From: Mobula hypostoma
Taxonomy: Eukaryota
NCBI RefSeq assembly: GCF_963921235.1
Contig: NC_086108.1
Span: forward strand, 82,462,001-82,526,000
Length of the DNA: 64,000 nucleotides
Direction of reading: 5' to 3'
Shown here: one piece after another, positions 37,401-49,400 of the stretch
Layout: the number at the start of each line of letters is the position of its first letter
Numbering within the stretch: the stretch's first letter is position 1
Notes under the pieces: model-generated
What the model was told of the DNA's origin: nothing
Seen by the model: the letters and a program-made list of their open reading frames with translations, nothing else
The model's database searches: none
Position numbers and translations under genes: made by a program

Positions 37401-40400
37401 AGGGCCAGAAAAGAAGGAATCTGATGGGAGGGGAGTGTGCATCATGGGAGAGAGAGAAAAAAGAGGGGCCTAGGCAGAGGTGATAGGCAGGTGAGAGGAA
37501 GAAGTAAGAGGCCAGAGTGCAGAATAAAGGAGGCAGGGTGTGGGGGAAAAGGAAAAAAAACATTTTAAATTACTGGAAATAGAAATCAATGTTCATGTCA
37601 TCTGGTAGGACGACACCTAGATGGAATGAGGTGTTGCTCTTCCAGCCGAAGAGTGGCCTCATTGTGGCGGAAGAGGAGGCCATGGACTGACGTATGGGAA
37701 TGGGGGATAGGAATTAAAATGGTTGGCCACCAGGAATTTCTGCATTTGGCAGTTGGAACAAATGTGTTTGAGGAAGCACCCCCCAGTTCATGTTGGGTCT
37801 CTCTAGTGTAGGTAAGGCCACATTGGGGACACCGGGTGGCATAAATTACCCCAACAGATTTGCAGACGAAGTGTTGCGTCACCTGGAAAGACTGTTTGGG
37901 ACCCTGAAAAGGGGTGAGGGAGGAAGTGAATGGGCAAGTGTAGCATTTTTCTCGCTTGCAGGGTTAAGTGTCAGGAAGGATATTAGTGGGGAGAGACAAT
38001 GGACAAGTGTCTCTTTCTCCCTCTACCAACAGCTTGTTGAGCAATTCTTGCACTTTATTTTTATGTCAGAATTACTGCTTCTTACATTTTTCTCACTAAC
38101 CATCAAAGCTATGCTGGCAGTTTATAATCAATTTGTTAAGGTACCAAAAGTCAAACGTTTTGGAAATTAGATTTTTCCAAGTGTAATCAAAGTGGGTGCC
38201 TTTTGGGCACCCTAGATGTGTTTGCAGTAAGGTTCTACAGAAGTGGTTTACCATTGCTGCCTTCCGGGCAGTGTCTTGACAAGACAGGTGACCCAGCAAT
38301 TATCAATACTAGAGAGATTGTCTGCCTGGCATCAGTGGTGATATCCATCACCTGCTCCCATGGCTTCATATGACCCTGATTAAGGGGCTAAGCAGGTGCT
38401 ACACCTTACCCAAGGGTGACCTGCTGGCTAGCGGAGGGAAGGAGCACCTCATGCCTCCTTTGGTAGAGACGTATCTCCAGCCTGCCACTCTGGGCCAGTA
38501 GAGATCAGTAATTGCATCACTTGGGAGAGGAAAGATTTGGGAGAAAACACTTAAAATTTTATTCACTTTTTACCTCTGTTTGCACTGATGCTTGTTTAGG
38601 CTTGCGTATAGGAAGTTTAAATTACCATATCGGACTGTTTTCAGACACCTACCGTCAAGTTTGGGTACATTATGGAAAAGGCCCACTTAACTATGAAGAT
38701 GTGTTACTCAGCCAGTCTTTACCAACAACTGGGGCATCACCTAGTCACATGCAAAATCGCTTCAACTAAATCAGACCAGACTAGAGGGTGGCTAGTGTTG
38801 CCCCGGTATAAGGGGAGAAGCTGGTAGTTGGAGTGAGATGACGACATTTCCCATTTGCGATGCCAGACGGGTAGGCAAGATTGGCGCACAATTGGGGATG
38901 TAATGATGTGCCACTACCTGCAGTAAGGAGCAGCCATGTAAATATATGGTGTTAATTCAATTGTAGGCAGTTTGGTTTGCATTAGAAATTAGCAGATGCA
39001 GTCTGTGGGTTGTTAACTGAAGAGATGAACTCAGCATGACACATGGCTGAAAGCTAATAAACAATATTGTACATAATTAAATTGTGGCAAAACTTAAAGT
39101 ATATCCATTGACATGAAAGCAGCCTGCTTAGTGTTTTCTCACTAGTTTCTATCCTTGCTATTCACTTCTCTTGACTGCTTTCTTTAGTTATGTTATAATG
39201 GGATGCCAAAAGCCTGTTTAGCTTGAGGTTGCTGTGCTCAGTGGGTAAATTTCATTCCTACCCTGTATGAACTGTTCATCTTCCTTCAGGTGTATTCCAG
39301 CTCTAAGCCGCTGAGAATAGGTTATTATGAGAGTGATGGATTCTGGATCCCCTTGGCCTGCATGAAGCGAACAGTCATGGAAACCAAGCAGCTGCTGGAG
39401 GCGGCTGGCCACACAGTAGGTTTGCATGCTTATGGTTGAGAAATCGCCAGTAGTATTCGGGAATTGAGGCACAAAAGTTCCTTTACTTGTTTATAAATTA
39501 ACAAATCTACGATAATTTAATGCGATCTGAATTTTGTTTTGGTTCATGAAAGAAATTTGCCATTAATACTTATTTGGTCCCGACTTCAAGGGGAATGTTC
39601 CCAGGTTTGAATACGGCCGGCTCCTTGCACACTTTCTGTCCGTGCTGGATTGAGCATTGAGCCAGTAACTGTGTTTCATTTTAAAACAAAAGGCAAATGC
39701 TAAAGAAGCAGTAACGTTACCGCCTGATGTGCCACAAAGTGCAGAGAGGAGTAACAACAATCTTTTTGAGTGAAGGGAATTGTTTGGTAAAATTCTGCTT
39801 AATCCTTCCAAGCAGTTAGTGTCGTATTTTTAAGTGTTTTGGATTTTTTTTTTTGGTTTTTTTTTAATACAAGCTGTACATTTGTGCCATTGGTAACACT
39901 CTATCTGGGAGAGGACAAAGATTTGTTGCAAAGAAAGCATAATTTCTTCATGTCTTGACTGTTGAGTTGGAAATTCAGGTTTTATTTAAAAACAGCCATC
40001 CAACTCAATTAAAAGATTCTTTTTATTGTACACTGTCAAGACTACATCCTTGCAGTTTACATGAAAATGAGTCCAGTTAATACATTTATTTCTCTAATAA
40101 TGAAGTTACTTCCTAAGATGTGACCATGTGGGACTAATTTCGAGAAGTCCCAGTTAACAATTTTAACAATAGTATTAAATAATTTTAGTTGGTAAGGGGA
40201 TTTGCATTAACTCTCCAAAAGATTAGATTATCATTCAAGATGTGTTAACTAAACTTGTGTTTTTTTTTCCAGCTGATTCCTTTCACACCTTTGAAAATAC
40301 CATATGCAATTAAAGAGCTTGCAATAAAGGGTATTGGTGCAGATTGTGGCACTACCATCCTGGAAAATCTGTAAGTCTCTTTTTGGCAGAGGGATTGCAG

Positions 40401-43400
40401 AGATCTAATTATGTTTTTCTCTTTTACTTGTTATGTGTTTAACTTTCTTGCAGTTATACTCCAAATTTTAAGGAATTCGATTTTGCTGCTCAACATGAAT
40501 GTATTTCCACATTAACCCATTCCAAGTAGTTATGTATTCATGGACCCCAGTAACTTCGATCAGTGTAATGCATCCGCCTTAAAGACAATCACATAAGGTG
40601 TCACCTTTTTGGCATTATTTTGTGAGTCGGTATGGTACCCAAGCATGTAAGAAAAAGGTGTAAAATTATACTACTGGGGTTTGAAATGTACTGCTGTGCC
40701 TTGTTGCTTTATCTAAATCGCTACTGTGAGAATACTTCACAAGAGAACCACAAACTTCAAGAGGGTTGCTCACCATCTCCACCTTGAGGGACATTTGGAA
40801 TGAGCAAGAAACGTTTTCCTTGGCTCGTAATGCACAATTCCTGAAAGGTATCTTGGGCTAATCATGATATCATGGTTATTTTGACCAGGAACATTGAATT
40901 CCAAATAGTCCAGTTTTGAATTCCAACTCCATTTGAGAAGGAAAATGGGTAAATCAAATGTAATAATAACATTGAACTTGTATTTTAAAATGCCTTTGGT
41001 AAGAGTTTCATTTGCTAGTATGTATAGACCAAAAATAAGGGAATGTGGTTGCATGAATGGATAGGTGGAGGGAAAACAGAAAGCAAAAGATGAGTGTAGG
41101 ATGTTTTCTGAGCAAGATGGATGTGAAAACATGTGTATATTAGAACCAATTGTGTTTAAGACATACAGGCTATCTCTGGGTTCTGAATAGGTTCCAATCT
41201 AACAGATGTATATACCAATTTTGCCTATGTCAGAATATACACAAAATCACTCAGTTTGGTAATAACACCTCCACTGTATTATGATGAGTGATGCTGATGA
41301 GGCCAATTAATGTGAACATTTATTCATTGTCTTCCCTTGCCTATTTACTGTGGTGCTGAATTGGGATGTCCCACACACAATTACAAGCTTTGACATTAAG
41401 CACTTAGACTGCATTTTGATTCCTTGTGCAAACATGCATATAATTGAAATGCCATTTCAAATGGACAAGGTCAGAAAAAGAGAAAGCAACTTTAGGTTTT
41501 GCACCTAAAATCATAAAAATATGAAGTTAATGTTGATACTCTCACGACCATAGGCTATTTTAGACAGTAAAGGTTCAACGGTTCATTTTTTTTGTCAAAG
41601 CATGCAAGGTTGTATGGAAGACAGGCAGTTGCCCATGCTACAAGTCTCCCCTCCACGACACCGATGTTGTCCAAGGGAAGGGCATTAGGACCCATACAGC
41701 TTGGCACCGGTGTCATCGCAGAGCAATGTGTGGTTAAGTGCCTTGCTCAGGGACACAACATGCTGCTTCAGCCAAGGCTCGAACTAGCGACTTTCAGATG
41801 ACTAGATGAATGCCTTAACCACTTGGCCACGCGTCAACACAAATCCAATGTTTACAGGTCAGGCAAAGATCCACATGCACTTCCTTCAGCCTTGTCTGTG
41901 GCATTGGACCTCTGGGTGCCAGCTCCTCTGTCACAGAAACGAAGCATAGGTTGTTTGGGGGTGGGGGGGGGATGTCTCCTCACTGTCCATAAAGGTCATC
42001 TTGAGCTTGCAGATGCATATTATTTCAGCTCTCATTTCCACTCCCACACCAACCGATCTGTCCTTGAAGTTCTCCACTGGCAGGCTGAGGCTCAGTGCCA
42101 ACCGGGAGAACATTAGAATATTCCTTCCTGCTCTGCCTGTGCAGTCTGCAGCCCAGTGGTATGAACACAAGTCAGTTAACCCACCCCTACTGTGTGATTT
42201 TTTTCCTCTCACTCTTTCTGATCCAACTACACTTTTTCATCCACTCACCCCCCAACCCTTTACTCATTCTTCTGCCATTCAGTTTTGTTCCCCCTCCCCA
42301 ACCTGGTTCCATCTGCCTATGACCAACACACACTTAACCCAATGGCCTCCTGTCCCTTCTCCCAACTGACTCGATATGCCCATCGTGTCACCTTTACCCG
42401 ATTTTGCTTATCATTAAAGAGGTTATTGAGGGAAGCAAAAGACAGGATGGCTGGGGCCTTGACCAATATCTTCATATCTCACTAGCCACGGGCAATGCTT
42501 GATGAGTAGTTAATGTTGTTCCATTACTCAAGCAGGGAAATGGATAATTTTGAAAAGTATAGACTGGCGAGTCTCTCATTTGTGGTAGGGAAGCAATTGG
42601 AGAGGATCAGGGTTTATGAGCATTTGGAAAACCATGGCTATTTAGGGACAATCAGTGTGGCTTTGTGTCGGGTAAGTTGTGTCTTCGTAAGTTGACTGAG
42701 TTTTTCAAAGAGATGATGAAAGTGATTATTGAAAGTAGAGACATTGATGTTGTCTACATAGATTTTATAAGGTGCTTTTTGCAAGGCCCCTCATGGAAAG
42801 CTCATCCAGAAGATTAAGATGCATGTGATCTCTGGTGAATTGTCCATTTGAATTCAGAACTGGTTTGCCGGTAGAAGGCAGAGGGCAGTTCTTGCCGGAA
42901 CTTATTCAGACTGGAGGTTTATGCCTACTGGTGTTCTGCAGGGATCATGTAAATGACCCGGATGAAAATATAGATGGGCGAGTTAGTAAGTTTGTAGCGA
43001 CCACAAAGATTGGTGGTTTTATGGATAGCATAGATGATTGCCAAATCATACAGTGGAGTTGCAGTTGGTGGAAAAATAGCAGATGGAATTTAATCTGGCC
43101 CAACCTGAGGTATGAGGTCAAATGTAAAGGGACAGTTCACTGTTTTGCCATTGGGATATGTACATAGTGTAGGCAGAAGGGATTAGTTTAGTTAGACACT
43201 TAATTACTTTGTCACAATGTTGTGGGCTGCAGAGTCTGTTCCTGTGCTGTACTACCCTATGTTCTGTAGTGGGAACAATTACTTAGTATGAACTGGAGAA
43301 CTTCAAATGTTGATAAAGAATATAATTAATCTACGGGTATTTGATGGATATCAATTTTCAAAAGTAGACGCTTTTACTGCCCACACATAAACAAAGTACA

Positions 43401-46400
43401 ACTAACTTTTATTCTATTTTGCATTCCTAGAAAAGGTGACATCATTGATCCTAATGTGAAAGATATCTTTTATGTAAACTCAATGCCTCAAATAGTCGTG
43501 AAGATCCTGTCCTTCCTTCTGAAGCCTTTTGTAAGTTAAAAAGCTACTCAAGTATATTTTAAAATTTATTACAAAGGTGTGAAGCAGAATGTAACCACTC
43601 TTGTCTGTCGTAATTATCTCTTCCCTGTGCCTGTTACTTGACTTGTGACTGATTGCTAGTCAGACTGTTGGGTATTAGTTTGTAGTAAGGTTTGTGAGAA
43701 TAGTTGTTGTTAGTTGGAATGCTTAATTATCACTTAAAACTTTTTCAGTGATAAATCTTAAAATTTCTTTCTGTTCTAGAGTCCGAGATTGGCAGGTATC
43801 TTAAGGAGCCTTTGTGGAGTAGGGTAAGTATTTGATGTAAGCATGAGACAATCTGCAGATGCTGGAAATTCAAGCAACACACACAAAATGCTGGTGGAAC
43901 GCAGCAGACCAGGCAGCATCTCTAGGAAGAAGTACAGTCGACTTTGAAGTCTGGCCTGCTGTGTTCCACCACCATTTTGTGTGTGTTGCTTGAATTTATA
44001 TTTGATGTTATTTTTCTCCTGAATTTGTTTAGTACAGTATGTGCATTTGAAATCAGTAGTGTCTCTAGTGATTAACATCTCCCTGCGGGCTGAAGTTCTG
44101 GTTTAGTATTAATTCCCAGGGATGAGCTGTACTGCTCTTGAGGGACAGAAAGGAATTCCTTGTCTCTGTGGTGAACAAAAAATCAGAAAAGGAATATGGA
44201 TAGATATAGGGATGAAGGGGCATGTTCTCAAGCAAAGACAATTTTGCATATGATTATTCTCACAGTTATGTTCTGAAACAGAAACATAGAAACATAGAAA
44301 ATAGGTGCAGGAGTAGGCCATTCGGCCCTTCGAGCCTGCACCGCCATTTATTATGATCATGGCTGATCATACAACTCAGAACCCCGCCCCAGCCTTCCCT
44401 CCATACCCCCTGACCCCTGTAGCCACAAGGGCCATATCTAACTTCCTTTTAAACATAGCTAATGAACTGGCCTCAACAGTTTGCTGTGGCAGAGAATTCC
44501 ACAGATTCACCACTCTCTGTGTGAAGAAGTTTTTCCTAACCTCGGTCCTAAAAGGCTTCCCCTCTATCCTCAAACTGTGACCCCTCGTTCTAGACCTCCC
44601 CAACATCGGGAACAATCTTCCGGCATCTAGCCTGTCCAATCCCTTTAGGATCTTATACGTTTCAATCAGATCCCCCCCTCAATCTTATAAATTCCAACGA
44701 GTACAAGCCCAGTTCATCCAGTCTTTCTTCATATGAAAGACCTGCCATCCCAGGAATCAATCTGGTGAACCTTCTTTGTACTCCCTCTATGGCAAAGATG
44801 TCTTTCCTCAGATTAGGGGACCAAAACTGCACACAATACTCCAGGTGTGGTCTCACCAAGGCCTTGTACAACTGCAGTAGTACCTCCCTGCTCCTGTACT
44901 CGAATCCTCTCGCTATAAATGCCAGCATACCGTTCGCCTTTTTCACTGCCTGCTGTACCTGCATGCCCACTTTCAATGACTGGTGTATAATGACACCCAG
45001 GTCTCGTTGCACCTCCCCTTTTCCTAATCGGCCACCATTCAGATAATAATCTGTTTTCCTATTGGAGTGGGTGGGACTTTAAAAAAAAAGGCAGATTCCT
45101 TAATCCACAATGTGTGATGGATTGCAGAGCTTAATGATAAAACAGGGAAAAAGCTAAATGGCTGGATATTTAATTAGTATGTGTGGCTGTTAGATGCAAA
45201 TTTCAAAAAAAATGGATGAATGGCAGTTTTGGTATTTGGCAGAAGCTGGTGTTTGATATTCGTTAAGTGCCATCAGGATTTCCAATCTGGAGTTGGGGAC
45301 CAAACTCCAGGGTCTCTTTTGTGTAGATTCAGAATTTGAAGAACGTGCAGTTTTTGGATTGTGGGGCAGGGGCCTCTGTGTCTAGTGCTATAGGCAACCT
45401 TTGCTGCCAGACTACTAGTTCTTCTGCCCAAAAGATGTGTTTTTTGTAACCTGGCAATCTGGATATTTAATTCATTTAGTTATTAAAGCTATTGAGTTGT
45501 AAGGTAGAACATTGTTGATTCCAAATGTTCTATTTGCTTCAGTTTAAATTCATTGAAGTTTTGTTTAGATGATAATACTGCCAGGCTACTCTAATATTAA
45601 GATTGATGCAGTTAATCTAAACTGCATATTCTATTCCTCTTGAGGTGAGACCCTCAGCATTTTCTGCTTATCTTCTTGCAGATCAGTCACTGAGCTATGG
45701 AAGTACCATGTTGAAGTAGAGGTGAGATCTGTTATTTTATCCTTTGGAAAGTGACCAAACTGTGTTCCATTTTCAGAATTTTTATCTGGCCTTTGTTATT
45801 GTGGATGGGATCTTTGATTATGTTAGCAGAGAGAAATTTGGACAGTTTCCATGAAGTGCTGAGCTGTGTCCACAACTTTGTGGTCCAAGGTAACACAGCT
45901 GCCATACCAGACCATGGTAAATCTGGGTGGGATACTTTCTACGCTGCTTTGATTTAAAAAAAAATGGTGGGGTTCAAAGGAGACATGCTTTCTGTGGACC
46001 TAGAGGCACTGGTGATGTTTCTTAGCATCTACGTGTTTGAACCAAAACAGGCCACTGGTGATGTTCACTCCTAGGAATTGGGCTTTCAGCCCTCTTGATT
46101 TGAGCACCATTGACGTCAACAGGAGTGTGGAGTGCGCTGGCCCCCTTCCTGAAATCAAATGGCTGCCTCATATAAGTAACATTCACAAGAAAAACCTAAA
46201 TTAATTATAAGATGTATACAAATTTTACAAAAAGAAAAGTCTGGTTTAGTGCAAAATGATCAAAGTGGTCATGGTGTTGCTAAACTAGTGATGAGCGTTG
46301 TGCTGGTTGGTTCAGGATCTGAATGGTTGAAGGGAAGTAGCTTTTCTTGAATGTGATAGTGGACTTCAAGCTTCTGTAGCACATGTCTGATGGCAGCTGT

Positions 46401-49400
46401 GAGAAGATGACAGATGTGTTAGGGTGAGTCCATTACACTCTGCACCTTTTGTATGCCTGTGCATTTGAATTGCTGTACGAGACTATGATGCAACCAGTCA
46501 GGACACTTTCTGCAGTAGATCTATAGAAGTTTGTTACAGTATCCTGTAAAACTCTACCTTTACATCCTAAGAAAGTAAAAGTGCTCCCACATCTTCTTCA
46601 TGATTGCTCTTTCTATGTGCTTGACGCAGGACAGGTCATCTGATATGTTAATGTCCAGGAGTTTAAAGCTGCTGGCTACTTCCACTGCTGATTCCACCCG
46701 CCCCCCCCCCCCAGTGTATAATCACATAATCATCCTCCTTCCCCTTCCTGACGTCAACTATCAGCTGTTTGTCCTGACAATGAACGAGACGTTGTTGTTT
46801 CGGCACCAATCAGAAAACTTAAAACTGCTTTGAGAATCCGCTTTCTTTCACTAGAACACCTGTTTGCCAGAGGTGACTTGCCCCTTTACTTCTAGTGCCC
46901 AGTCATATTAATCAGTTTGTGAAACTACATTTGACGAGCTGTGTTTCTCAGCCACTGTGCTTGCAGAGTGGTCCTGGTCAGATTGTACCAGGTGGAGAGT
47001 GAATTAATTGAAAGCTTACTGAATTTTATTCAGAAGCCAGCTTCCTCTTTCTGGTATATCCACAGTCTTGCTTTTCTCTGCTTCTGGGTGACTGAGGATG
47101 TGCCCTGAAATAGCTGCACAGTTAAAATAGCAAGTGGATTTTTGCAATATTCACTGCTCACTTTTCGCTGTTATCAGAGTTGAGGATGAGCTTGTATGTA
47201 TCTGTATATGCAAAGCAAGTTGTCACCGGTGAGCGAACTGTCTATGTGCTTTGCCTAGGCTTACTGTGAGGAGTATGTCAACTTGTGGAAAAGCAAGAAG
47301 CTCGATGTTGTACTCTGCCCAGCACTAGGTCCTGCCTTCAAGCTTGGATATGCTGGAAAGTTATCAGGTGAGCAAAGTTTTTCCATAATGCCATGTTCCA
47401 GTGTCCTCATCCAATCCCACCATTGTGGGATATTCTACAGATTCAGATTAGGTTATGGTTATTGAGTTCAAAAGTCAGGAGGTTATGTTCCAACGTTATA
47501 AAACTCTGGTTTACCTCTGGAGTATTGTCTGTAGTTCTGGTCACCTCACTATACGGAGGATGTTGAGACTTTGGAGAGGCTCGCCCAGATGCTGCTTGCT
47601 TTAGAGGAAATGTGCTATCACAAGAGGCCGGATAAAGCTGTGTTGTTTTCTCCGGAGCATCGGAGGCTGAGGCGAGATCTGACAGAGGTTTACAAGATTG
47701 AGAGGCCTAGGTAGAGTGGGCAGAGTGTCAGTTTCCCAGGGTTGAAATGCCTAATATCAGAGGGCATGCATTGAAGGTGAGATGGGGGTCGGTTCAGGGG
47801 GGATGTGAGAGGGTTGGTTTTTACTCATATCGTGGTGGATGTCTGGAATGTGCTGCCTGGTATGTAGTAGAGGCAAATACATTAGAAGCTTTTAAGAGAC
47901 ATTTGAATAGGCAAATTGATGTAAGGAGGATGGATGGACATGGACATGACGTAGGTAGGAGGAATGAGTGGGTATTTTTTTTCTTTTTAGCTAGTTAGGT
48001 TCAACATTGTGGGCTGAATGGGCTGTTCTTGTGCTGTATTCTCTTACGTTCTATTGTCATATATACTAGGATACGGTACAATGAAATTCCTTGCTTACAT
48101 CAAACTCTAAGAGTAAACAATAGTCATAGTCATACTTTATTGATCCCAAGGGAAATTGGTTTCCGTTACAGTTGCACCATAAATAATTAAATAGTAATAA
48201 AACCATAAATAATTAAATAATAACATGTAAATTATGCCAGGAAATAAGTCCAGGACCAGCCTATTGGCTCAGGGTGTCTGACCCTCCAAGGGAGGAGTTG
48301 TAAAGTTTGATGGCCACAGGCAGGAATGACTTCCTATGACGCTCTGTGCTGCATCTCAGTGGAATGAGTCTCTGGCTGAATGTACTCCTGTGTCCACCCA
48401 GTACATTATGTAGTGGATGGGAGACATTGACCAAGATGCCATGCAACTTGGACAGCATCCTCTTTTCAGACACCACCATTAGAGAGTCCAGTTTCATCCC
48501 CACAACATCACTGGCCTTACGAATGAGTTTGTTGATTCTGTTGGTGTCTGCTACCCTCAGCCTGCTGCCCCAGCACACAACAGCAAACATGATAGCACTG
48601 GCCACCACAGACTCGTAGAACATCCTCAGCATCGTCCCACAGATGTTAAAGGACCTCAGTCTCCTCAGGAAATAGAGACGGCTCTGACCCTTCTTGTAGA
48701 CAGCCTCAGTGTTCTTTAACCAGTCCAGTTTATTGTCAATTCGTATCCCCAGGTATTTGTATTCCTCCACCATGTCCACACTGACCCCCTGGATGGAAAC
48801 AGGGGTCACTGGTGCCTTAGCCCTCCTCAGGTCTACCACCAGCTCTTTAGTCTTTTTCACATTAAGCTGCAGATAATTCTGCTCACACCATGTGATAAAG
48901 TTTCCTACTGTAGCCCTGTACTCAGCCTCATCTCCCTTGCTGATGCATCCAACTATGGCAGAGTCATCAGAAAACTTCTGAAGATGACAAGACTCTGTGT
49001 AGTAGTTGAAGTCCGAGGTGTAAATGGTGAAGAGAAAGGGAGACAAGACAGTCCGCTGTGGAGCCCCAGTGCTGCTGATCGCTCTGTCGGACACACAGTG
49101 TTGCAAGCACACGTACTGTGGTCTGCCAGTCAGGTAATCAAGAATCCATGACACCAGGAAAGCATCCACCTGCATCGCTGTCACTTCTTCCCCAGCAGAG
49201 CAGGGCGGACGGTGTTGAACGCACTGGAGAAGTCAAAAAGCATGACCCTCGCAGTGCTCGCTGGCTTGTCCAGGTGGGCGTAGACACGGTTCAGCAGGTA
49301 GACGATGGCATCCTCAACTCCTAGTCAGGGCTGGTAGGCGAACTGGAGGGGATCTAAGTGTGGCCTAACCATAGGCCGGAGCAGCTCCAGAACAAGCCTC

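Noticed and set aside
41760..41833. tRNA-like A/B box sequence as a tRNA gene
   Set aside because: It is a SINE head, followed directly by SINE body sequence, with no complete cloverleaf evident.
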